64,000 nt of DNA from Gekko japonicus (Eukaryota): NCBI RefSeq assembly GCF_001447785.1, contig NW_015165235.1, positions 2,041,403 to 2,105,402 of the forward strand. The letters are read 5' to 3'. Shown here in pieces: positions 1-11,600 of this stretch; positions within the stretch are counted from its first letter, which is position 1; each line of letters starts with the position of its first letter. The notes under the pieces are model-generated. The model saw only the letters and a list, made by a program, of their open reading frames with translations, had not been told where the DNA came from and did not search any database. A program made the position numbers and the translations under genes.

Positions 1-1847
1 TGTTTTCCACAGAGAGGTGGGCTTGTGGATTCCAAAGGACACAAGTTATGAATATTTCTTTGAATTTGTCAGTGCACAGAACCATGCAAGCATGACTGGC
101 TGAATGCTGTGGTTGTTTACACTGTATTATACTTTTGACCTTTATCCATTCATAAATGCTATGCAGAATGTTTTTATAACAGCAATAATGAAACTGGTCC
201 TTAATATTTTCATATACATCAGTTAAGCTCGAAGCTGGGACTCGGGAGAAGTTGTACTGTGCAAGCTGTCTTAGTGCACAATTTGAGAATGATTTTGGAA
301 AGGTATTCTGTCACTTTCTTGGCAGCAAGCCTTATGTATGTTGTGCCATGTCACATATTGTCTCAATAAGTAACTGTCAGGCTTTTAACATCTTGATTTT
401 GAGTCAGTGTGCTCCTGTTAAATATGCATAGTTGTGGTTTGCCGGTGTTTGCATGAGGTTCAGCCAGCTGAAGAATTTTTAAAGCCATAATTAAAATTTC
501 AGTTTATGTTGAAAAGAGAGATTTTTTTTTAAAGTTTCGGTTTAGTTTTGTAATTTGCCCCAACTGTGCATCCCATGTGTCTAAAAATTCAGTGGGAGAC
601 CTCTTCAGCTTGCTGTATTGATCAACTACTTTTACAACTAGGAAGCAATTTGTGGTATTTGACCTCAGCCTGCTTTTCCCATCTGTTTTCATCACAGTGA
701 AAAATGCTATAATGTTCCCTTTACAGTATGATTCCAAGAATATTTACTTATAGTATATCTACTAAATTCAGTGCATGTTCCAAGTAAATAGGCTTAGTTA
801 ACATTTCTCAAAGTTAAATGTGCATTTCTTTCCTTATTTCCTCAAGTAGCCCTTGTACTGTACCAAGCTTTTAAAAAAAAATCCTTAAAAAGGAGTGATC
901 AAAATACAGTGACTGTGTTCAGATTTTATAATAAGCTGTAATTAAACTGTGGTTAGGCATGAACAAGAAGTTATTGCTGTGGTTGCATGGCTACTTGTTC
1001 TTCAGCCTCCCTTGATGTGCAGAGTTTGATATAAAACTTCCAGGTCAAGCTCCAGACAGTTCGCTGTGATGTCCAGATGCAAACAATATGGTTAACTGGC
1101 ATTTGTGTACTCCATGCACTCTGGAATTATATGAAGGTTTAGCCACCTCAGTTACAGTTTTATGGAAAGGTGGGTTAAAATATTTTAAATGAATGAATAG
1201 AATCCTTGTTTGTGTGAAGTAAACAAATGGCAATTCATGGAGCTGTATGTGTTCAGATGTTTTGTTGAATTGGAGCTTGATCAAGCTGGAAAGTTTTGCA
1301 TTGTGTTCTACATGTGAAGGGTAGTGGGAGGAATGTGGTGCTTATATGAGCACAGCAACAAGCTGTGTTCAAGCCTGATTGGAGTACAATTGCAGCTTGT
1401 TATGACATCTGAACACAGCTGGTAGCTGAGATTTGGTTGGCAGCAGCCTGGATTCAAAGAACTGTGCGACTAGTTTCAGTTGCACACAAGGGGGCTTTGT
1501 ATTTATGTTTTTCAAATATACCTCTTTTTCTCTTATGACAAGATATTCAGAGGCAGCTAGTGATATGGTGTCTGGGCCTTCTGCTCATAGGGGAAACCCC
1601 TCCTATATAAAGGTTATGCCTAATGTCATCCTTTGGATCCTGGCCATTACTGTAGCACGCCACCTGCAGGTTCAACACTGATCTGTTAATTATTGCTCTT
1701 TGATAGGGCTTTCCATTAAGCTTTTATATCTTAAGGGAGAACCTTTGAAACCAGCTATTGTTTACTTTACTCTGTCATGTGGAATTCTGTTAGAATTCTC
1801 CTACTTCATTTCTCTCATCTGCCAAAACAATAAAGAAAATCCTTTTA

Positions 1848-2083
1848 AAGAACATAAGAGAAGCCAGTTTTGGATCAGGGCAACGGCCCATCCGGCCAAA
1901 AATGCCAGATGCCATCAGGAGATCCACCAGTGGGGCCAGGACTCTAGAAGCCCTCCCACTGTTGCCCCTCCCAAGAATACAGAGCATCACTTGCTGCATA
2001 TGTTTATTTAATTCCCTCTTGAAGCTGTCCATGCTTATAACCGCCACCACCTCCTGTGGCAGTGAATTCCATGTGTTAATCAC
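1848..2083 (-). mobile_element. CR1 LINE 3' end
   Basis: VINTWNSLPQEVV...FKRELNKHM RT C-terminus; (AAGAACAT)-type tail on +. Confidence 0.85.
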
Positions 2084-2809
2084 ACATGGTGTGGCTTGTT
2101 CTGAATAGCAGTGCATTTTTAAAAAGTTGCTTTGGGTGGCAAGAAGGTTCACAAGGGAGATGGATTGCTTAAAGATACAGCAAAGGCTGTGCAAGCACAG
2201 CTTCAGCTGAAGCTTCATTTCATTCTTATTATGTTCACTTAATAGCAGTCTTACGTGCCTATGAAGCACACTTGAAGAATTTTCCATTATCTTCAATGAA
2301 GAAGGCAACTCTGGTGTGTCAAAAGGGCAGGTTGTTCCTTTCATTCAGCTGCATAAAGTGGTTCACTTGAGTATCAGCATCTTGCATACATTGGAACTCA
2401 TCAGAAGTTCTGATTTAAGGCATAAGTGTTTTGTGCTTACGTGCAAGTGCAGGCCAATACAGCTGGTGACTAAGGCAGACAATGCCCACCTTCAATATAT
2501 ATTGGTTTGCCTGATGTCTGACAATTCCCCTATTTGTTCAGGTAATAAAGGTAGTGAATCCTTGCTTGACCACATTTCTGTGAGTCACAAGACATCAGAT
2601 AGTGCTATAATGTCTTTTTTCTATTTTACGATTAATTTATAATAATTATAATAATAATAATAATATCTTTCGATGCTGGCTCTGAGCAATTTATTTATTT
2701 ATTTTACTTTTATCCCGCCCTCCCGCCGAAGCGGCTCAGGGCGGCTTACAACATTAAAACCAATAAAACAATAATTTACAGTTACACATATTCACAAGGG
2801 ACTAACACT

Positions 2810-3135
2810 AAGACGTGTTCCAGATGGCATTCACTCGGCTTGGCTTGATGACGTCAGTTTTTCCAGGACTGCTTCAAGTCGCAGCGTCACACTGCCACCG
2901 CCTGGCCGGATTGGCCCATTGCAGGCTTCTTAATGCCGAAGAGATCTTTCCAGGCTTCCGAGCTTCTGAGCTGGACACTCCATTTCGCAGGCTAACACCT
3001 CCCCCCACCGGGGGGGTTTAGTGTACCCACCCTCTCTAAGGAGTGGTACCCATTTTATCTACTCACCGAAGCTTTCGAACCGCTGGATGGACGGCGAGCT
3101 GGGGACAAGGCTGGTAGCTCATAGCAGCACGGGCT
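2810..3135 (-). mobile_element. Divergent Sauria SINE-like element
   Basis: gtggtaccc..tttatctact..gctttcgaac core resembles the Sauria SINE copy at 9229-9308; boundaries approximate. Confidence 0.55.
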
Positions 3136-3504
3136 AGAACTGACAGCAGTTTATCATTTTAATGTTAAAACTGAATTTGCTGCATAGGCACTGCAGTTCT
3201 TTAGTGCACATAAAATAAAATGGACAGGTTATTGGAAGTAAACTACGATAATTCTGAGATGAGCTTGGTTGTTTCCACTAAGAATCTGGTGGTGGTAGAT
3301 TTTTTTTCTTTTAATGTTCTCCTGATTTAGTTCAGTACTTTCTCTAGGAACATTTTCCTGTGCTTTATGAAAGATGCTGCTTCTTGCCAAAATATTTTAA
3401 TGTTTTAAACTAATATGCTATGGCCATTGACTAATGCAGTAAAGAGTGATAAACCGAACACTTTAGTATTTTTTGGTTGGGTTTTTTTTGGTATTTTTCA
3501 TATG

Positions 3505-3700
3505 TGGGTGTGTGCACCTGAAAGTCATGGCGACCTCTGGTGACTGATCCCTACTGGGGGGTCTGGAGGATATTCAGAGAGGTGGCTGAATAAAGCCTGC
3601 CCCCGCCTCCCAACTGCTGGTATTCCTTGGAGGTCTCCCATCCAAATACTTGCCAGGGTTGACCCTGCTTAGCTTCCGAGATCTGACAAGATCGGGCTTG
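3505..3700 (-). mobile_element. 5S rRNA-derived SINE
   Basis: Reverse complement contains cccgatcttgtcagatctcggaagctaagcagggtc...ttggatgggagacc (5S internal promoter) followed by a non-5S body. Confidence 0.8.
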
Positions 3701-4868
3701 ATAAACTGAACACTTTAATGTTCCAGGTTCAATCCCCAGTATCTCAATTAAGGATCACATAACAATGCTGGGAAAGAACCTTTTCTGGAGAGTAACTGCT
3801 AGGCAGATACGTTTTTATTCAGAACACCTATGCATACACCTACTCAAGGCAGCTTAGGACATAGAAACGCTTAAATCATGAAAACCATACCACAATATAC
3901 AAGCTGTTAAAAAGGCCAGAGATGTAAAACATTCAGCAGCCTAAAACAATATTTATAAAGCATTCCCCAGGCTAGAAACAAACAAAAAACATTTTAAAGT
4001 GATGGAACCACTAGTGAGTAAAGCTGAGTAACATTTATTTATTTATTTCAATGTATATCCTGCCCTCCCCGCAAGCGGGTTCAGGGCAATACACATAAGG
4101 CATGATATTAAAACAGTAAATTATCACAAATATTACAAGTTAAAAGTTTAAAAATCAAAACATGCGAAGATCAGCATAAGACATTGCCTTGGTAGTGACG
4201 CTATGATGTACTACTTCTGAGTGGTACCAGTGAAACACAGGCTAGGGCTACCGGTAGGGGAGGCTGAGAGATGGAAGAATTTGAATGCCCGACTGCCTCA
4301 ACTAAAAGCTGAGTTAAATGTTGCGGTGCCTAAATGTGAGTAAGGTAAGCACCAAGCAAGCTTTATGGAGGAGTTCATTGTAGAAGTGAGGTACCATCAC
4401 TGAAAATGTCCCGTCTATATCCACCACCTGCCTCATCTCTGTGGGCGGTGAAGTAAAAGCCGGAAGGGGCTCTTGACTGTTGGGCTGGTCAGTACCAAAG
4501 GAGGTGGTCCTTCAAGTACGCCAGCCTCAAGCCATTTAGGGCCTTAATCTCAGAACAAGCACAATATTAAACAGTATTAGGTTAGATGGCCTCAGTGGTC
4601 TAAATATTTTAAGGCAACTTCATGTATTTCTTGTTTCTCTGTTGTCTTTGCATGCCTTTTTTCAGAATGTTCATGAGTATTCAAAACCAGAGTGGCCCAT
4701 TTGATGCTTCAGAGCATTTCCTTGTATGTTTATATGCACAAGAAAAAGATGAATGTTTGACTGATGCGTGATACATAGAATTTTAAAAGTTGAATACAAA
4801 TTGGGACAATTTTTTAAAAAGACATATGCTGATTTATACTAAACCCTTCAATATCTGTGCTGGAAGTC

Positions 4869-5345
4869 TAAGAAGATAAGAATAGCCCTGTTGGATCAGA
4901 CAAGTAGTCTGTCTAGTCCAACATCCTGTTTCACCCAGTGGCCAGTCAGTAGTCTTTGATTTCCTACAAACAAAGCACAGGGGTGAAGACCTTCCCTGTT
5001 TGCCTCCTGGTGCTGTTATTTAGAGGCTTGCTGCTTATAAATATGAAGGTTCCTTATTAGTCACCAAGGCTAAGTAGCCATTGATCGATCTAAACTCCAT
5101 GGATCTTCATGAATCCCCTTTTAAAGCCCCCTGTGTTTGTGGCCATCTCTGTGTCCACTTGGCAGTGAATTGAACCATTTGACTCCTTGTTGAGTAATGA
5201 AGTAGTTTCTTTTTTCTGGCTTGAATCTGTTGCCCATCAATTTTATTGGGTGCCACGGAGTTCTTGCATTATGGGAGAGGGAGAGGTTCTCTTTATCCAC
5301 TTTCTCCACCCCTTGCATAATTTCATAAACCTGTGTCTGTATGTC
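4869..5345 (-). mobile_element. CR1 LINE 3' fragment (old)
   Basis: Degenerate VYEIMQGVEKVDKE...KRNYFITQ..WFNSLP. Confidence 0.8.
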
Positions 5346-5571
5346 ATCCCCCCGCCCCTGTCTTGTGTGCTGCAAATGGCAAGCAGTGTGGTGTGGGTGG
5401 CGCTTGTTAGGAATAATGGGCAGATACAGCTGTCATTCCACTGAGGTAATTTCTGGGCTATGTGCCATGCGGTTTTTCCCCTTAGAGCAGCTCAGAATAC
5501 TTCCAGAGTGTTTATGTAGCAAAACTAAGGTATTTGTTACTCTTCATGCATTTTATTTTCTTTGTTTTTAG

Positions 5572-5687
5572 CAAAGTACCAACGTAGATGTGGTTCGTTT
5601 TCCATGTGTGGTTTACATCAACGAAGTACGTGTCATCCCTCCAGGAGTAAGAGCTCACTCTAATTTACCTGAAAATAGGGCTTATGG
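5572..5687 (+). CDS. VIRMA: VIRMA exon 2
   Basis: tttag|CAA...GG|gtaagt; [39 protein letters not shown]. Confidence 0.95.
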
Positions 5688-8600
5688 GTAAGTGCAAAAT
5701 GCTAAAGAGGCAACTGACTCCTGCTAATGAAACAAGAACCTTTGATTTGCAGGGTGATTTTTCATGTTCTCAGCAACTTAGGGTGAGGAGTAAGTTGTTA
5801 CTGCCATTGTATAGGTGGAGAACTTTGTGAGAGAGAGTGACTGACCCACAACTGTCCAACACAGTAACATGGCATCCCTTCTACCATAAGTCATAATGGA
5901 AAGCAGGCTTAAACTTAGACCTGCCTGTGTGGATTGCAAGAAAATTCCTTTTCTATCTAGGCAAATGTGCTGAGTTTTTCCCTTGGTAAAAACTGCTCAT
6001 TTTTTATGCATTTCAGCTGACATCTTCCATGCAGGGCCTCATTTGTTGTCTGCTTATCACTCCAGCTGTCTGCGTCAACTTGGCTCAGTAACCAGCTGTA
6101 ATTTTGTGTTTGCCACTGACTCCTCCAAAAGCCCTCTGGCATATTCAGAGCTCAGGGGAAGGGATGAGCACGTCTCTCTGTTTGCACTGAACACTGGAAG
6201 AGGCAAAAGTAATATGGTGTAGCTACTGCTTTGTCCATATGTCATGCATGTCTCTCTGTGTGTCAGGGGCTTTGTGGGTATCTCCCATATTGTGTTGGCC
6301 TATAGAGTAGGTTCCTGCCAACCTAGCAGTTCGAAAGCAAGAAATTGCAAGTAGATAAATAGGTACCACTTCGGTGGGAAGGTAACAGCGTTCTGTGCGC
6401 CTTGGTGTTTAGTCATGCCGGCCACATGACCATGGAAACGTCTTCGGACAGCGCTGGCTCTTCGGCTTTGAAATGGAGATGAGCACCGCAACCCTAGTCG
6501 GATTCGACTGGCTTTCGAGCAAGGGAACTTTACCTTTTTACAGAATAGGTAGAAACAGTGCAAGTCTCTCATACTGTTTCTGCCCGCTCCAGACTCACCA
6601 AGGCCTGAGAGAACTGGTATGAGGAAACCGTGTGCTGGCCAGGAAGGGGACCATCACCAGAAGGCAAGGGCACTTGACCCTTGCAAGCTGGTGACCATAT
6701 TTTGTATGGGCAGTGAGAAAATTCTGAACAGACAGTATAAGATAGCTTTGCAAACAACGCCTGGAAGATTGTCCTAGTTAGGGCTGCCCATAGCTTGTGC
6801 AATTCAAAACTGTGGTTAGGGCAGGAAGGTAGGAGGGAATCTGTGCGCAAGAGAGGTTAGTTTGGAGATCAGGAAACATGACAACTGAACTGAACCTTGG
6901 TGAGCTTCATAGCAGAAATCTGAACTTGACTTTTTTGCATTTAAACCATGCTGTGTCAAACAAGTGACTGATTCTCAAGATAATGAGAAATGTAGGCTGA
7001 TCTCCGCTCATGCACATACTGTGAACAGCCACTCTGCAAGACATTTATTTGTAATTTTTCTGTTCTGCCTTCAAGACTGTTTTCAAGGTTGCTTTGAAAA
7101 TTATTTAAAAATATAGTAACACCACTAAAAATTCCCTTTATTAAAAGTCAGCACTAAAGTATCTCTAGTCCCCCAACCCAAATAGAAGCAAGATCCACAG
7201 CAGAACAAAGAGCCCCCACCAAGAGAAATTACATAGTATCATAGGCTTGGGGAAATAAAAAATGTTTTCTCTTGACACGTAAATCTCAGAAAGTAGTTGC
7301 TAGGTGATTAAAGGGAGGGAACACAGGAGAGAGATGGAGATCCTAGTTATTGGACAGATTGATAAGAGATGTTACTTAGAAACAGCTCTGATTTTAATCC
7401 ATAGATGAATTGGGATAATGCCATATTTCACTCCACAGCATCATATTTGAGTTAGAAATTATAGTAAATAAATGACAACCATTGTGTTGGGGTCGGAAAG
7501 TAATGTTTCATGTAGATGACTTTAAGGATTAGGTTTAGTTTTATGACAGTTAAAGCTAAAATAAATGTTAAGGCTTCGGCTTTCTTCAGTTGTAATCTTG
7601 AGAGAGAACACTGTAAGGGAAATTATTAATTATTCTATTTAGTAAATTTTTATACTGCCCTTCCTCCAGTTAACTCAGGGAAGCATACATTTTTCTTCCC
7701 TCTTCCATTTTGTCTTCACGACAGCCACATGAGGCAAGTTAGGCTGAGTGGGCTATCCTCAGGCTTCTCCAATGAGGTTCCATGGCATAGTGGGGATCTG
7801 AACCTTTGGTCTCCCATATCCTAGTCCAGGGATCTGACGTATTACACCATACTGGTTTTGGTATCCTTCTGAACAAATGCAATCCTTAAATGAATGTGTT
7901 GTAGGTACTGTGGGTTTCTTCTATCAGATTTTAATTTTTTCCCCCTCCATGTTGTGCGTGATGACAGAGTCCTATTTTGATCTGCATTCATGTGAACAAA
8001 AATAATAAAAATATAATTGAGAAATGTTGCCTTGACAACAGCTCTTGTAATTTATTTAATTTAATTTTTTTGTAAACCGGTTTGTGAACACCTATGTTGA
8101 AAGGCAGTCTGGAAATATAGCAAATAAATACAAATGTTGGAGATGTAATTGGAGATCTGTAGATTTCTTATGTCTGGGATGAACATGCCTCAAAATGCAC
8201 ATGCATTGGACTATAATAGTGATAGATATTGAATGGACAATTTTCGTTTTGGCTCCAACAACAGTATTACTGTAAAAGCTTTGTTATTCAGCACTTGCTT
8301 ATCCAGAACACTCAGTCAACTGGCATTGCTCAGAGGATAAGCTCCTCCCCCTCAGCCACTATACCCCTATGTCTTTAGGCTCATGTGTTCCCCCTGCTTA
8401 CCTCTCCTGATGGATAGCTTGATGCCTTTGGCTGTTACTGGGGTTCTGACAGTATGATGTCATTCTTGGATGCCTCCTTTCCCCTCAGCCTGTCTCGAGT
8501 TTTCAAGAGCCAGGTTTTACAAAGGTCTCTTGAGCGACCTGCCTGATTGTCTGCCCTGCTATGTAGGGTGGCTCTGTGGCTCAGGAAGAAGGGTCCCACC

Positions 8601-11600
8601 AGTCATAGTGGATGTTGCTGTAGTGTTCCCAGTGGAGGTTTGGTCACTGCCAATGTTCCCTCTAAGCTGTGGAGTCTTGTGAGCACAAATTCTACTTTGT
8701 GAGTTGCTGGCATTAAAGTTGTGAGCGAGCGATTTGGCTACTGCATAAATTAGTTTGCTCTGGAGCCCTCCTTCCTGAGACAAGGCAAAAATGTGTGAGC
8801 TAGAGGCTAAAATACTGTGAGGTAGCTCACACTAACTCAGCTTAGAGGGAACTCTGGTCACTGCAGACTCCCCTGGGTAGGAGGTCCAGGGCAGAGCAAT
8901 AAGCTTGAGTATCCAGCATGTTTGATTAACCAGTATAAAGCACCACCACCCAATTCCCATGAGTGCCAGATAACAAAGTTTTTGCTGTTCTAGGTTTATA
9001 ATATAAAGTAATTAGATCTGAACAACTTGTATTAATTTCGCAGCTTCTGAATTTAGCGAAGCTTATGACTGAACTAATATGATTGAACCATACTAATACC
9101 AGTAATATTCCCACAGCTAAGGAATGGATCACAAAGGTCTAGCATGTTACCAAAATATCCACAGAAATTATTAGATTTAAAGATGGAAGCCAAGAGAGAG
9201 AATTTTGTAAATGTAGGATCTGTTTTTCAACGCTGTTACCTTCCCACCGAAGTGGTACCTATTTATCTACTTGCAATTTCTTGCTTTCGAACTGCTAGGT
9301 TGGCAGGAGCTGGAACTAGAGACAGGAGCTCACCCTGTCTTGCGGCACCCGGGTCTTGAACCGCTGAACTACTGACCTTCCACAGCCTGCAGTTCAGCGT
9401 CTTAACCACTTGAGCCACTGCAGCTCCACGTTTGTTAATACCGTGTAAAAGATTCTGATGAATCTGAGTCCTTATTTTCATAGTAATAAAAAGCCAGGAG
9501 TAATGGCTTTGCAATCTGAAGATGGAATACATTTTTATGAGATGGGAAGTGTTTTTATCTTGTACATTATTGCATATGTAATAATCAGTATTTCAGGTCT
9601 TGACTGTCTTGTTTATCAAGCTTCAGCAGAATAATTTTTTTATTTCGCTTTGGCTCTGTTTCCAGTGAGACATCCCCTCACACATTTCAGTTAGACCTGT
9701 TTTTCAACAATGTCAGCAAGCCAAGTGCCCCTGTATTTGACAGGCTGGGAAGGTAAGTGCTTATAAAATTTCTTAATAAACATAGGCTTTTAGTTAGGTC
9801 TGGAGTGGTAAATAGTGCAGTCTACGGAGAACGAACTTGTGATTTCTGAATTGACAGGGTGATACCTCTTAGTTGCCTCTTCATCACTGTAAGACCAATG
9901 TCTACCTAATCTTACTGTTCGGTAACCACTGAGCACATGCTAAAGGGCATTTTTGATGTCAGTTATAGGATGAAGAAACTATAGGATGAGATTTTCTCCC
10001 TGTTTCCATGCTCTCAGGGAACAGAGAAAATTATGTTGGGAAGCATCTGGGAACCCAAGAAAAATGTCTTTATTTTATAGAGACACATGAGTTTGTACGG
10101 GATTAGGTTTAGTGTTGTAAGGGATTACCAAGAGCTTTTGAGGATTGTAATACTGGGAATCTCTGAACTGTGACTGAGAGACTGGGTACAGGGTCTGCCT
10201 TTCCCTCTATCCGTCTCCTCTTTGGATCACATTTCTTCCAGCGACCTGTTAAATACTGCATTGGCAAAGATGTGAACTACAGTTAATGGTAACCAGATTT
10301 AGCAAGGATTTGCTAACCAGCATTCAACTCTCTTAAAAAAAATTGTTTAGAGTTGTTGTTGTTATTTTATTAAATTTCTGAATCGCTCCATCCCTGAGTA
10401 CACAGGGCTCTGGGTAATTTACAATAAATTAATATACAAAGTACAGTTTACAGTCAACAATCAGTTCATCCCAAAGTTTCACAGTCTTCCAATGGCGTTT
10501 ATAATTTGATCTGAAACCTGCTCTGGACTGTTCTTCCATCTCATGGGCAGGTTAAGGAGGAGGCCGAAGCAGGCAGGATGGAAAAAGAAAAAGAAGAAAA
10601 GAGGAGGGTGCCAGCTATGATGGAAACTGTCGTTGTCCTCAACCAAAAGCCTGGCAGAACATCTCTGCCCTACAGGCCCTGTAGAATTGCATTAAGTCCT
10701 GCGGTGCCCTGATGGAAGTTGGCAGAGAGTTCCACCAGGTTGGAGCCAGGGCCGAGAAGGCCCTGGCTCTGGTCGAGGACAGCCGGATACCTTTGGGGCC
10801 ATGGATCACCAGCAGATTACTCTCAGCAGACAACATGCCAGAGGAGACATTCCCGAAGTTAACCCTGTTTAACATTGGTGCCAGTGTATCACTTCACTCT
10901 GGCAAGGTCCAGTAACAGAATTGCCTTCAGAGGGGGAGGAAGAGCGAGAGAGTGAACCAGTTGTGTGATACTCTGGCTGGCTCCTAAGTGTGATTAAGTG
11001 TTCCCCAGTGCTAATGTCAGCACAAAACATTTGGAAGAGTCTGCCCAACGTTTGAGCATCAAACAGGACCGAGCAACTTTTAATGCTTGTAGTAGTAAGA
11101 TGTTGCAGAATTGGGACTGCAATAGATTTTGCAGAACTGGGGTTGCTGCTGCTGTGCTCTGTGTCAGTACTGTGCTGTGGTTCCTTCCCAAGAGGTGTAC
11201 GTTCAGTTTTCTATTAGCAAAGTATTATATGCCCCTGAGATGAGTTTGTAATGATGCTTTGTGTCCCTGTCATGTACGCCCACTTATACAGTGACTTACA
11301 GATGAAGTCCCAAGTCTGATTCAAGCCCAACCTCAGTCACAGGAAGTGCTAAGGGCAGTTAATGCTGCTTGGGTGGCTCAGGGAGTGTTCTCCTTTAGGG
11401 CCTCTGTATGGTGCAGTGGGTGGTGGCAGAAAAGACTGAAAGGTGAGGCCAGATAAGTCACCTGGTAGGGCCTCACTTTCCAGGAATGGGATCACACTTC
11501 AGTGGTACAGTCAGTTCCTGTACTGTAACAGTGAAAGCTAGTTTCCATGGGCCTTGTTTAAGATGAAGGCAGTTGTAAAAATAGCACTGGTTGGAGCCCC

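Noticed and set aside
1790-2344. 184-aa minus-strand ORF
   Set aside because: Chance frame running into a CR1 3' end; no independent coding evidence.
2543-2579. Possible 37-nt cassette exon in VIRMA intron 1 (ttcag...gtgagt)
   Set aside because: Frameshifting, weak exonic donor context, no homology support.
3600-3700. 5S rRNA gene
   Set aside because: Diverged, incomplete and fused to a SINE body; not a functional rRNA gene.
11270-11480. Possible ancient SINE or conserved non-coding element
   Set aside because: Only a vague resemblance; no family can be assigned without a search.
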